Assembly (NCBI GenBank): GCA_938017765.1
Contig: CALIJH010000167.1
Coordinates: forward strand, 1 to 31,829
Reading direction: 5' to 3'
Length of the DNA: 31,829 nucleotides
Origin: an uncultured Leptotrichia sp.
GTDB lineage: Bacteria; Fusobacteriota; Fusobacteriia; Fusobacteriales; Leptotrichiaceae
The notes below the pieces were generated by a model. That model ran no database searches. It worked only from the letters and a program-made list of their open reading frames with translations, and was not told the DNA's origin. Each line of letters begins with the position of its first letter. Position 1 is the stretch's first letter. The translations under genes were made by a program, and so were the position numbers. Below, in pieces: positions 1-8,186 of this stretch.

Positions 1-243
1 TTTTATTTTAGATGAACAAAAAAATTCTCTTAATAGAATTTATAAAAATAGTATTAGTAGTATCATTTAAAAAATAATATGAAGAACAAAAAAATAGAAA
101 AATATATATTTATTAAAAAATTATGATTAACTCCGAAAGGAGAGGAAACTTGATTTTTTTATTAATTTATGTTATAGTACAAATACCTTGAGGTAGACCC
201 CAAAAGGGTACTCGTATAGAAGTTTAAAATTTGTGAACAAAAA

Positions 244-268
244 AGACTGGAAAACTCCAGTCTTTTTT
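244..268. terminator. Bidirectional rho-independent terminator (AGACTGG-aaaact-CCAGTCT flanked by A-run and T-run)
   Basis: 7-bp GC-containing stem with an A6 run before it and a T6 run after it, so it reads as hairpin+U-tract on both strands. It lies 150 nt downstream of the clpB stop on the minus strand. Confidence 0.6.
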
Positions 269-324
269 GTTATAATTTTATCGGCTTCACAAAGCCGTAA
301 ACTTTTATACGAGGAGGTACTGCT

Positions 325-381
325 ATGTTTAAAATGGTAGTTGTACTGATTTTTTTATTTATCAGTTATAACCTGTTTTAA
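325..381 (+). CDS. Tiny hydrophobic ORF (18 aa, MFKMVVVLIFLFISYNLF) with strong SD, convergent with clpB 3' end
   Basis: GAGGAGG at 311-317 sits 7 nt before the ATG at 325. An extended -10 TGtTATAAT lies at 268-276. A small hairpin (ACCC-ttag-GGGT, 394-405) plus T-run follows. The ORF is too short for the supplied ORF track. Confidence 0.3.
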   Translation: MFKMVVVLIFLFISYNLF

Positions 382-410
382 TCATCAGACCTCAACCCTT
401 AGGGGTATTT

Positions 411-2984
411 TTATCTTTTTACTTTATAAGTAAGTTTTTCACCGTCTGTATCTATTAAAACTACACTATTCTCAGGTATTTCATTAGATAAAATCATTTT
501 TGAGAGATTAGTTTCTATATCTTTCTGAACAAATCTTTTCAGCGGTCTTGCTCCGTAAGCAGGGTCATAAGCTTCATCTACAATAAAATCAAGGGCTTTG
601 TCGGTAAATTCTATTTTTATAAACTGGTCTTTAAGTTTTTTGTTTATATCTTCAAGAATCAGACTTATGATATTTTTTACACTGTCTTTTCCTAATGACT
701 TAAATACTATAATGTCATCAATTCTGTTTAGAAATTCAGGTTTAAATCTATGTCTCATTTCTTCAAGTACAGCCTCTTTTGTGGTATCTGAAAGTTGCGG
801 GTCTTGAAGAATAATCTCGCTTCCTATGTTGGAAGTCATTATAACTATAGTGTTTTTGAAGTCCACAACTTTACCTTTCCCGTCTGTCAGTCTACCGTCG
901 TCAAGCAGTTGAAGCAGAACATTGAATACATCGGGATGGGCTTTTTCTATTTCATCAAATAGTATAACAGAATAAGGTTTTCTTCTGACAGCTTCTGTCA
1001 ATTGTCCGCCTTCTTCATATCCTACATATCCCGGAGGTGCTCCTATCAGTCTTGTAACGCTGAATTTATCCATATATTCACTCATATCTATTCTGACAAT
1101 ATTATTTTCATCGTCAAACAGATTGTGGGCAAGGGTTTTTGTGAGATAAGTTTTTCCGACACCTGTAGGTCCTAAAAATATAAATGAACCGATAGGTCTG
1201 TTAGGGTCTTTCAATCCTGCACGGGATCTTATTATAGTATCGCTTATGGTTTCAATGGCTTCATCTTGTCCAATTACACGGTTTTTCATATGTTCGGCAA
1301 GGTTCAATATCTTTTCTTTTTCTCCCTGCAACAGTTTGGAAACAGGTATCCCTGTCCATTTTCCTACAATTTCCGCAATTTCTTCACTGTCTATTTCCTG
1401 TTTTAATAATTTGTTGGAATTACCTGTGTTACGATCTTTCCATTTTTCTTCCTCAATTTCTCTCTCTTTTTCAAGAGGTGCCAGTTTTCCGTATTGGAGT
1501 TCGGCTAATTTATTGAAATCTGCTCTTCTCTGGGCTTCCTGAATTTCAAGTTTGACTCTTTCTATTTCCTCATTAATCTTTGTAAGCCTTCCTGCTTCCT
1601 GTTTTTCGCTTTCCCATTGGGATTTTAATGTTTTTTCTTCCTCTTTCAGTTCAGCTATCTCTTTTTCCAGAGATTCCAGTCTATCCATTGAAGCCTTGTC
1701 TTTTTCTTTTGTCAATGCCACTTTTTCAATCTCGAGCTGCATAAGACGTCTTGTTACTTCGTCAAGCTCTGTAGGCATTGAGTTGATTTCAGTTTTTACT
1801 TTTGCTGCCGCTTCGTCAATAAGGTCGATAGCCTTATCAGGTAGAAATCTGTCATTTATATATCTGTCGCTCATTGTAGCGGCTGTAACTATTGCGTTAT
1901 CAGTAATTCTAATTCCGTGAAATATTTCAAATTTTTCTTTTAGACCACGTAATATCGAAATAGTATCCTCTACGGTAGGTTCATTAACTAAAATAGGCTG
2001 AAATCTTCTTTCAAGAGCTGCATCTTTTTCAATGTATTTTCTGTATTCATCAAGAGTAGTAGCACCGATAACTTTGACTTCTCCACGGGCAAGCATAGGT
2101 TTCAGGAGATTTCCTGCGTCCATAGAACCTTCACTTTTTCCTGCTCCTACGATGTTATGGACTTCATCTATAAATAATATTATTCTTCCGTCACTCTTTT
2201 CGAGTTCATCGAGTACGGCTTTCAGTCTTTCTTCAAATTCTCCCCTGTATTTTGCTCCCGATATGAGTGCCCCCATATCAAGTGAAAATATAGTTTTATC
2301 TTTCAGATTTTCAGGTACGTCCCCTTTCAGTATTCTCTGGGCAATGCCTTCCGCAATGGCGGTTTTACCTACACCCGGTTCACCGATGAGGATAGGATTA
2401 TTTTTATTTCTTCTCGATAAAATCTGAATAGCACGTCTTATTTCCTGATCTCTGCCGATTATCGGGTCGATTTTACCTTTTCTCGCCAGTTCTACAAGGT
2501 CTTTACCGTATTTATCCAGAGCTTCATAAGAATTTTCAGGATTGTCGGACATAATTTTTCTGCCGCCTCTTATTTCATTCAGTACATTTTCAAACTGATT
2601 TTTTATAATTCCGTTTTCCTTTAAAAAATTGTTGTTGTCATAGCTTGCCAAAAATAGGTGTTCTGTACTTATATAGGCGTCTCCCATTTTTTTTGCATAA
2701 TCTTCGGCACCTACAAGAACTCTGTTCATTTCCGCATTGGGTCTTGGGTCTATACTTCCTCCCTCTATTTTAGGCATTCTGTCTAATTTGTCTTCGAGCT
2801 TTTTTGTCAGTTCAATAGTGTTTATCCCCATTTTTTTGAGTATATTGGGAATAAGTCCGTTCATCTGCCCAATCAGTGCAAGTAGTAAATGTTCTACTTT
2901 TATATCGGAACTTTTGTATCTAATCGCAAAATTATGAGCTTCGGAAATGGCTTCCATACTCTTTTGAGTAAATTTTTCTTCCAT
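411..2984 (-). CDS. clpB: ATP-dependent chaperone/disaggregase ClpB (two AAA+ modules with coiled-coil middle domain)
   Basis: 860-aa ORF with Clp N-domain repeats, two Walker A motifs ([16 protein letters not shown]) and a long coiled-coil M-domain typical of ClpB. The likely start is the second in-frame ATG (MEEKF..., 2984), because AAGGAG lies 10 nt upstream of it. The first ATG is at 2993. Confidence 0.95.
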   Translation of the reverse strand: MEEKFTQKSMEAISEAHNFAIRYKSSDIKVEHLLLALIGQMNGLIPNILKKMGINTIELTKKLEDKLDRMPKIEGGSIDPRPNAEMNRVLVGAEDYAKKMGDAYISTEHLFLASYDNNNFLKENGIIKNQFENVLNEIRGGRKIMSDNPENSYEALDKYGKDLVELARKGKIDPIIGRDQEIRRAIQILSRRNKNNPILIGEPGVGKTAIAEGIAQRILKGDVPENLKDKTIFSLDMGALISGAKYRGEFEERLKAVLDELEKSDGRIILFIDEVHNIVGAGKSEGSMDAGNLLKPMLARGEVKVIGATTLDEYRKYIEKDAALERRFQPILVNEPTVEDTISILRGLKEKFEIFHGIRITDNAIVTAATMSDRYINDRFLPDKAIDLIDEAAAKVKTEINSMPTELDEVTRRLMQLEIEKVALTKEKDKASMDRLESLEKEIAELKEEEKTLKSQWESEKQEAGRLTKINEEIERVKLEIQEAQRRADFNKLAELQYGKLAPLEKEREIEEEKWKDRNTGNSNKLLKQEIDSEEIAEIVGKWTGIPVSKLLQGEKEKILNLAEHMKNRVIGQDEAIETISDTIIRSRAGLKDPNRPIGSFIFLGPTGVGKTYLTKTLAHNLFDDENNIVRIDMSEYMDKFSVTRLIGAPPGYVGYEEGGQLTEAVRRKPYSVILFDEIEKAHPDVFNVLLQLLDDGRLTDGKGKVVDFKNTIVIMTSNIGSEIILQDPQLSDTTKEAVLEEMRHRFKPEFLNRIDDIIVFKSLGKDSVKNIISLILEDINKKLKDQFIKIEFTDKALDFIVDEAYDPAYGARPLKRFVQKDIETNLSKMILSNEIPENSVVLIDTDGEKLTYKVKR

Positions 2985-3155
2985 ATTTATCATTCTCCTT
3001 ATTTTTCAGATTTTTTATTTAATATGCTTTATATAGTTAGTAAATTAGTAAAAATATTCATATTGTTAAAAATATTTGTATTATATATTAGAAGTATTAT
3101 TTTTATTCCAACTTACTATAAAATATTTTTGCATAAAATTTTATTTCTCTTTTTG

Positions 3156-3182
3156 TTAGCACTCTATACATATGATTGCTAG
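3156..3182. promoter_or_regulatory. CIRCE-like inverted repeat (TTAGCACTC-N9-GATTGCTAG) upstream of clpB
   Basis: The left arm matches the HrcA operator (CIRCE) consensus TTAGCACTC exactly. The spacer is 9 nt. The right arm matches GAGTGCTAA at 7 of 9 positions. It lies about 165 nt upstream of the clpB start, in the divergent intergenic region. Confidence 0.4.
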
Positions 3183-3454
3183 CAAAAATAATATATCATA
3201 TTTTTATTAATGTGTCAATGGTTTTTTTGAAAAAAACTATATTTTTTTGAAAGTAGTGATAAAGCTCAGATAGAACCGCATATTTGTTGTATAAAAATTA
3301 AAAATATAAAATTATCAAATAATCTGAATTATATATGAAAATAAAATCTCTCATTTTTCTTTAATCTTCATTTGCTAATATATACAAAATGAAACTTCAT
3401 AAGAAATTTTATGAAAAATAGAAATTATAGTTTATACAGGGAGATGATATTTTT

Positions 3455-4153
3455 ATGAAAAAATATTTGAATTTAAAAGTTTTAATAACATCTGCTATAT
3501 TGATACTTTGTGCGATGTGTATGGCAGTTTCATCAGGAAAGTCGACAAAATCGGGTAGGGGAGTATATGCAGGAGTTGATCACAGCGGATTCGATCAGGT
3601 GATTTATCTGAGAGACGATGGCACATATACAGAAGAATTAGGTAAGGCTGACTGGAAAACAAGAGTAGACGGAACATATACAATAAGCGGAAATAAGCTG
3701 ATTACAACAGATAAAAAAGGAATAAAGGACGAATATGAATATACAACGGCAGATAAAAATGCTATGTTGGCACCGGGTAGTTTCTATATGTTTAAGGCAC
3801 AGATACCAAAAAATAAAATCCCTGACGGCGTGTACAGCTTCTATGTAGGAACTGTATCAGGAAGTGCAGGAATAGGAGTCAGCGGAGCAGGAGGAAACGG
3901 ATATATAAAATTTGAAGGAAACAGATTTATAGAATATTCAGGTTCATTTTCTTCGATGTCCACTTCTTCAGCAGAAGGAGGTTCCAGCAGTTCAAATAAA
4001 GCTTCGGGAACATATACTATAAATAATGGTGATTTGACATTAAAATATAATAACGGTACAGTAAAAAGACACAGCTTTTTCTATGTTCCGCCAACTTCAA
4101 GCGGAAAAGGAGCAATGGTAGTTCTCGACGGAAGCATTTATTATGCTGATTAA
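3455..4153 (+). CDS. Secreted hypothetical protein with N-terminal signal peptide, Gly/Ser/Thr/Tyr-rich
   Basis: 232-aa ORF with RBS GGGAGATG upstream. The N-terminal sequence MKKYLNLKVLITSAILILCAMCMAVSS is hydrophobic. No recognisable catalytic motif. Confidence 0.7.
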   Translation: MKKYLNLKVLITSAILILCAMCMAVSSGKSTKSGRGVYAGVDHSGFDQVIYLRDDGTYTEELGKADWKTRVDGTYTISGNKLITTDKKGIKDEYEYTTADKNAMLAPGSFYMFKAQIPKNKIPDGVYSFYVGTVSGSAGIGVSGAGGNGYIKFEGNRFIEYSGSFSSMSTSSAEGGSSSSNKASGTYTINNGDLTLKYNNGTVKRHSFFYVPPTSSGKGAMVVLDGSIYYAD

Positions 4154-4338
4154 TAATATTGAACGAAAGTTTATAATATAAATAAGTTTTCAGTTAGAAT
4201 AAAGAAAGAGAATTGCGGCAATCTGTAAGAAAATAGCGGTTATTGGTTTTAGTTATTTGGATTTAACATTATCGGAATATCGGCTCAATCTATTTATCTT
4301 CGGGTAAATATGAATATTAAAAAGTCGGTATTTTTTAT

Positions 4339-4364
4339 TTTGAATTTAGAATTCTAAATTCAAA
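4339..4364. promoter_or_regulatory. 26-bp perfect palindrome TTTGAATTTAGAATTCTAAATTCAAA (putative operator) upstream of GT4 gene
   Basis: Perfect dyad symmetry centred on GAATTC. It sits in the 396-bp intergenic region about 185 bp upstream of the ATG at 4550. Confidence 0.4.
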
Positions 4365-4549
4365 GAGTAATATTTTTAATAGTATATATATTAGCGTATA
4401 CATTTAAGTATGTATTTAAAAGTATTTGTATAAATATTAAAGCATAAATACACCTTGATGATACAATACAAATATGCTACAATTCATCTAAATAAAAGGA
4501 AATAATTAAAGATAAAATACATAAAAATAGGCGGAGGAATAAAATAATT

Positions 4550-5815
4550 ATGAAAATATTGCATATATTGGCACAGTTACCTGTAAAGACAGGAAGTGGA
4601 GTTTATTTCACAAATGTCATTGACGGATTGAAAGAATATCGGGATATAGAGCAGGCATGTGTTTATGCTACGACAGCCGATTACGATATAAATATACTGG
4701 ACAGGAAAAATCAATATGAAGTAGTTTTTGAAAGTGAAAATCTCCCCTTTTCTATAGTAGGAATGAGTGATATTATGCCTTATCCCAATACGCTTTATCA
4801 TAATATGACCGACGAAATGTTCGGGCAATGGAAAAAGGAATTTCTGAAACAGTTAAATCTTGCAAAAAATAATTTTAATCCCGATGTAATATTGACTCAT
4901 CATCTTTGGATACTGTCATCAATGACAAGGGAGATTTTTCCCGATAAAAAAGTAGTTGCAGTATGCCATAATACTGATATAAGGCAGGCAAGGCAAAATG
5001 AAAGCCTGAAAAAAAGGCATATACACTCCCTGAAAGATGTGGATAATGTGCTGGCTCTAAGTAATAGACAGTTCAAGGATATAGAGGAAGTATTTGGAAT
5101 ATCGGAAGAAAAAATAATAGACATAGGGGCGGGATATAATGAAAAAATATTCTATCCGCCTGAACATTATCCTGAAAAAGAAAAAGTGGAATTAGTATAC
5201 GCAGGAAAGTTTGATGATTCCAAAGGGTTTTATGAACTGATAAAGGCATTTAGAAAAATAGAGGAAAATGACGACAGCGTTACGATAGATTTGATAGGTA
5301 ACATAACCGAACAGAATAGAGAAAGAATAAAAAAAGAAGTGGGAAATTCCAAAAATATTAATGTCTATAATGCTGTATCCCAGAAAGAATTAGCGGACAT
5401 TATGCGGACAAAGGATATTTTTATACTGCCTTCATATTTTGAAGGGTTGGGACTTATAGCTGTAGAAGCACTCGGGAGCGGTCTTAGAGTAGTTGCTACA
5501 AAGATAGACGGGCTTATAGAGCTGCTCGGAAAAGAGCTGAATGTTGATGAGATTATCGAATATGTCGATATGCCCACGATTTACGATACTGATAAAGCTG
5601 TGGAAGAAGAAAAACCTGCATTTGTATTGAGATTGGCAGATAAAATAGAAAATATGATAAAAAGAACAAGGGAAAAAAGAGAAATAGACAAGGCGTTGAT
5701 TGAAAAAATTCAGAAAAAATCATGGAAATCAAAAATAGAAGATATAAAAGATGTTTTGTGTAAAGATAATAACAGTTGCCACCAAACAAATATGAAAAAA
5801 GATATGGATAAATAA
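4550..5815 (+). CDS. GT-B fold glycosyltransferase, family GT4-like (retaining glycosyltransferase)
   Basis: 421-aa ORF with RBS GGCGGAGGA. The C-terminal sequence EGLGLIAVEALGSGLRVVATKIDGL matches the GT4 E-x7-E / 'EGFG...EAMA.G.PVV' signature. A 'KVELVYAGKFDDSKGF' nucleotide-sugar binding region is present. Confidence 0.8.
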   Translation: MKILHILAQLPVKTGSGVYFTNVIDGLKEYRDIEQACVYATTADYDINILDRKNQYEVVFESENLPFSIVGMSDIMPYPNTLYHNMTDEMFGQWKKEFLKQLNLAKNNFNPDVILTHHLWILSSMTREIFPDKKVVAVCHNTDIRQARQNESLKKRHIHSLKDVDNVLALSNRQFKDIEEVFGISEEKIIDIGAGYNEKIFYPPEHYPEKEKVELVYAGKFDDSKGFYELIKAFRKIEENDDSVTIDLIGNITEQNRERIKKEVGNSKNINVYNAVSQKELADIMRTKDIFILPSYFEGLGLIAVEALGSGLRVVATKIDGLIELLGKELNVDEIIEYVDMPTIYDTDKAVEEEKPAFVLRLADKIENMIKRTREKREIDKALIEKIQKKSWKSKIEDIKDVLCKDNNSCHQTNMKKDMDK

Positions 5816-5950
5816 AGAAAGAAAATCTCTATTTAACTTCTCCTTTTTATCGATATAAAACTGATTTATTGACATAAGACTAAGATAAAAGTAGTAAATA
5901 TAGAGATAAATGTCAGGAAAAAGTAAATAGAAAGAAATAGAGAAATATTT

Positions 5951-5990
5951 CTTATCATAATTTTATATTTTGATAATCAAATAATTTTTC
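5951..5990. promoter_or_regulatory. Fur-box-like GATAAT/ATTATC hexamer cluster upstream of efeO promoter
   Basis: The region reads CTTATCATAATTTTATATTTTGATAATCAAATAATT and contains TGATAATCA plus an inverted TTATCATAAT. It lies immediately upstream of and overlapping the -35 of the putative efeO promoter. This is consistent with iron regulation of an efe operon. Confidence 0.4.
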
Positions 5991-6019
5991 TTTACAAATA
6001 AAAAAATAAAAGATATAAT
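5991..6019 (+). promoter_or_regulatory. Putative sigma70 promoter for efeO operon (TTTACA-17-TATAAT)
   Basis: -35 TTTACA at 5991-5996, a 17-nt spacer, and -10 TATAAT at 6014-6019. It lies about 35 nt upstream of the efeO ATG. Confidence 0.5.
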
Positions 6020-6055
6020 TTGTTTGATTAAAAATATATTTTAGGAGGCTTCGGA

Positions 6056-6943
6056 ATGAAAAAAATGAAAAAAATTGCACTTTTGGCATTAGTAACAGCG
6101 TTAGTAATAACAGGGTGCGGAAAAAAGGAAAACAAGGAGGACGGAAAAAACGGAACAACAGCACAGGCAGAACAGAATAATGGGGCAGTAGATTTGAGCA
6201 AGGAAACGGCGGAATATAAAAAATTTGTTGAAGAGCAGATTGATATGCTTCTGAAAGATACTGAAAATTTTGCTCAATTATTGAAAAACGGAAAACTTGA
6301 AGAAGCTAAAAAAGTATATCCGTTAATACGTATGGCTTATGAAAGATCAGAGCCTATTGCTGAAAGTTTTGGAGAATCCGACATTAAGATAGATTACCGT
6401 TTAGTGGACTTTAAAGAGGAATTTAATACTGAAGAGGGTTGGAAAGGTTTCCATAGAATTGAAAAAATATTATGGGAGCAAAATACTACAAAGGGTACTG
6501 AAAAGTATGCTGATGAGCTTGTAAATGACATCAAGGAGTTGAAAGCCAAAATAGCGACTATAGAAGTAACTCCTGACATAATGCTTACAGGAGCTATAGA
6601 TTTATTAAATGAAGTTTCCACTCAAAAAATCACAGGAGAGGAAGAAGTATTCTCCCATACTGATTTATATGATTTTAGAGCAAATATTGAGGGAGCACAG
6701 AAAATATTTGAACTATTTAGGTCAAAATTAGAAAAAAAAGACAGCAAACTTGTAGCAACTTTAGATTCAGAGTTTAAAGCTGTAAACGGACTGCTTGACA
6801 AATATATGACAGATGATAAAAACTATAAACTGTACACTGACTTGACAAAGGAGGACACAAAAGCACTTGCGGAAGCTGTAACCAAGCTTGGAGAACCTTT
6901 ATCCCAAATGGGAATAATACTGGATGTAAAAGAAGGTAAGTAA
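6056..6943 (+). CDS. efeO: EfeO/EfeM-like iron-uptake lipoprotein (imelysin / peptidase M75 fold)
   Basis: Lipoprotein signal with lipobox (LVITGC). The M75/imelysin HxxE motif is present (GFHRIEKILW). RBS GGAGG lies 10 nt upstream. At 295 aa there is no N-terminal cupredoxin domain, so it is closer to EfeM-type. Confidence 0.8.
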   Translation: MKKMKKIALLALVTALVITGCGKKENKEDGKNGTTAQAEQNNGAVDLSKETAEYKKFVEEQIDMLLKDTENFAQLLKNGKLEEAKKVYPLIRMAYERSEPIAESFGESDIKIDYRLVDFKEEFNTEEGWKGFHRIEKILWEQNTTKGTEKYADELVNDIKELKAKIATIEVTPDIMLTGAIDLLNEVSTQKITGEEEVFSHTDLYDFRANIEGAQKIFELFRSKLEKKDSKLVATLDSEFKAVNGLLDKYMTDDKNYKLYTDLTKEDTKALAEAVTKLGEPLSQMGIILDVKEGK

Positions 6944-6944
6944 T

Positions 6945-8186
6945 ATGAGTGATGATAACAAAGAAAAAAAATGGTTTGATAAAAAAATATCCCGTCGTGA
7001 TTTTTTAAAAAAAGCGGGAATAGCCGGAGCAGGAGTTGCAGTAGGGGCGACAGGTGTCGGTGCCATTATGTCAAGCCTATTCGGCAATGTTGCCGAACAG
7101 TTTGAGGGGAAAGACGAAATTTCCTTTTATGGAAAACATCAATCGGGAATATCCACTCCCGTACAGAAAAATGTATACTTTGCAGTACTGGAGTTACATT
7201 CCGAAAATAAGGAAGAAGTCAAGGAAATGTTCAAGGAATGGACAGATTATACTGAAAAAATGATGAAAGGGGAGCTTATAGCTCCCGAATTGAAAAATCA
7301 TCTGTTGCCTCCTGTCGATACTGGGGAAACGGTAGGATTAAATCCTTATCGTTTGACTGTAACTTTCGGAATAAGTCCGACATTTTTGGATAAACTGAAA
7401 CTGGACAGTAAAAAAATTGAAGAATTTAAAGATTTGCCCCATTTCCCGAGAGACCAGATAAAAGAACGTTATAAAGGCGGAGATATATGTATTCAGGCTT
7501 GCGCCGATGACGCACAGGTGGCTTTTCATGCGGTGAGAAATCTTGTTCGTAAAGGACGTACACTCATTACACTGAAGTGGAGCCAGTCAGGATTTTTGCC
7601 TATAGGGAATGGAAAAGAAACTCCGAGAAATCTATTCGGATTTAAGGACGGGACTGAAAATCCGAAAAATGAAAATGATTTTAATAATATAGTATGGTAT
7701 GATAAGGATAACTGGCTGAAAGACGGAACATATATGGTGGTGAGACGTATCCAAATGCACCTTGAAACATGGGACCGTACTAATTTGCAGGAACAGGAAA
7801 ATACATTCGGAAGATATAAAGAAAGCGGTGCTCCTTTCGGAGAAAAAGATGAATTTGCCGTGATTGATATAAATAAAAAAGGACCTGACGGAAATCCCGT
7901 ACTTCCCATTGACTCCCATGTGTTTTTAGCAAAAAAGGCTGAAACGAAAATCTGTCGCCGTGCTTTTTCCTATTCTGACGGAATTAATGAAATAAGCGGT
8001 CAGTTTGACGCAGGACTGCTGTTTATATGTTTTCAGAAAAATCCTGAACAGTTTATCAAAATCCAGAACAGTCTCGGAAACGAAGATAAGCTGAATGAGT
8101 ATATTACTCACATAGGTACAGGGATTTTTGCATGTTTCGGAGGGATAAGGAAAGGGGAATATATTGGCCAAAAATTATTTGAATAA
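6945..8186 (+). CDS. efeB: Tat-secreted DyP-type peroxidase / deferrochelatase EfeB
   Basis: Twin-arginine signal SRRDFLKKAGIAGAGVAVGA. DyP-type peroxidase family similarity throughout. It follows efeO with a 1-nt gap. Confidence 0.9.
   Translation: MSDDNKEKKWFDKKISRRDFLKKAGIAGAGVAVGATGVGAIMSSLFGNVAEQFEGKDEISFYGKHQSGISTPVQKNVYFAVLELHSENKEEVKEMFKEWTDYTEKMMKGELIAPELKNHLLPPVDTGETVGLNPYRLTVTFGISPTFLDKLKLDSKKIEEFKDLPHFPRDQIKERYKGGDICIQACADDAQVAFHAVRNLVRKGRTLITLKWSQSGFLPIGNGKETPRNLFGFKDGTENPKNENDFNNIVWYDKDNWLKDGTYMVVRRIQMHLETWDRTNLQEQENTFGRYKESGAPFGEKDEFAVIDINKKGPDGNPVLPIDSHVFLAKKAETKICRRAFSYSDGINEISGQFDAGLLFICFQKNPEQFIKIQNSLGNEDKLNEYITHIGTGIFACFGGIRKGEYIGQKLFE

Noticed and set aside
598-2937. Several plus-strand ORFs of 66-131 aa inside the clpB region (598-807, 1246-1542, 1552-1920, 2032-2427, 2737-2937)
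   Set aside because: They are antisense to a strongly supported ClpB reading frame. Their translations are low-complexity and Ser/Phe/Leu-rich, typical of the reverse strand of AT-rich genes, and they have no RBS.
2889-3182. 97-aa plus-strand ORF spanning the clpB start and its promoter region
   Set aside because: It overlaps the clpB 5' end and AT-rich intergenic DNA. Its translation is Phe/Ile/Tyr-rich low-complexity, there is no SD, and the region is better explained as promoter plus CIRCE-like operator.
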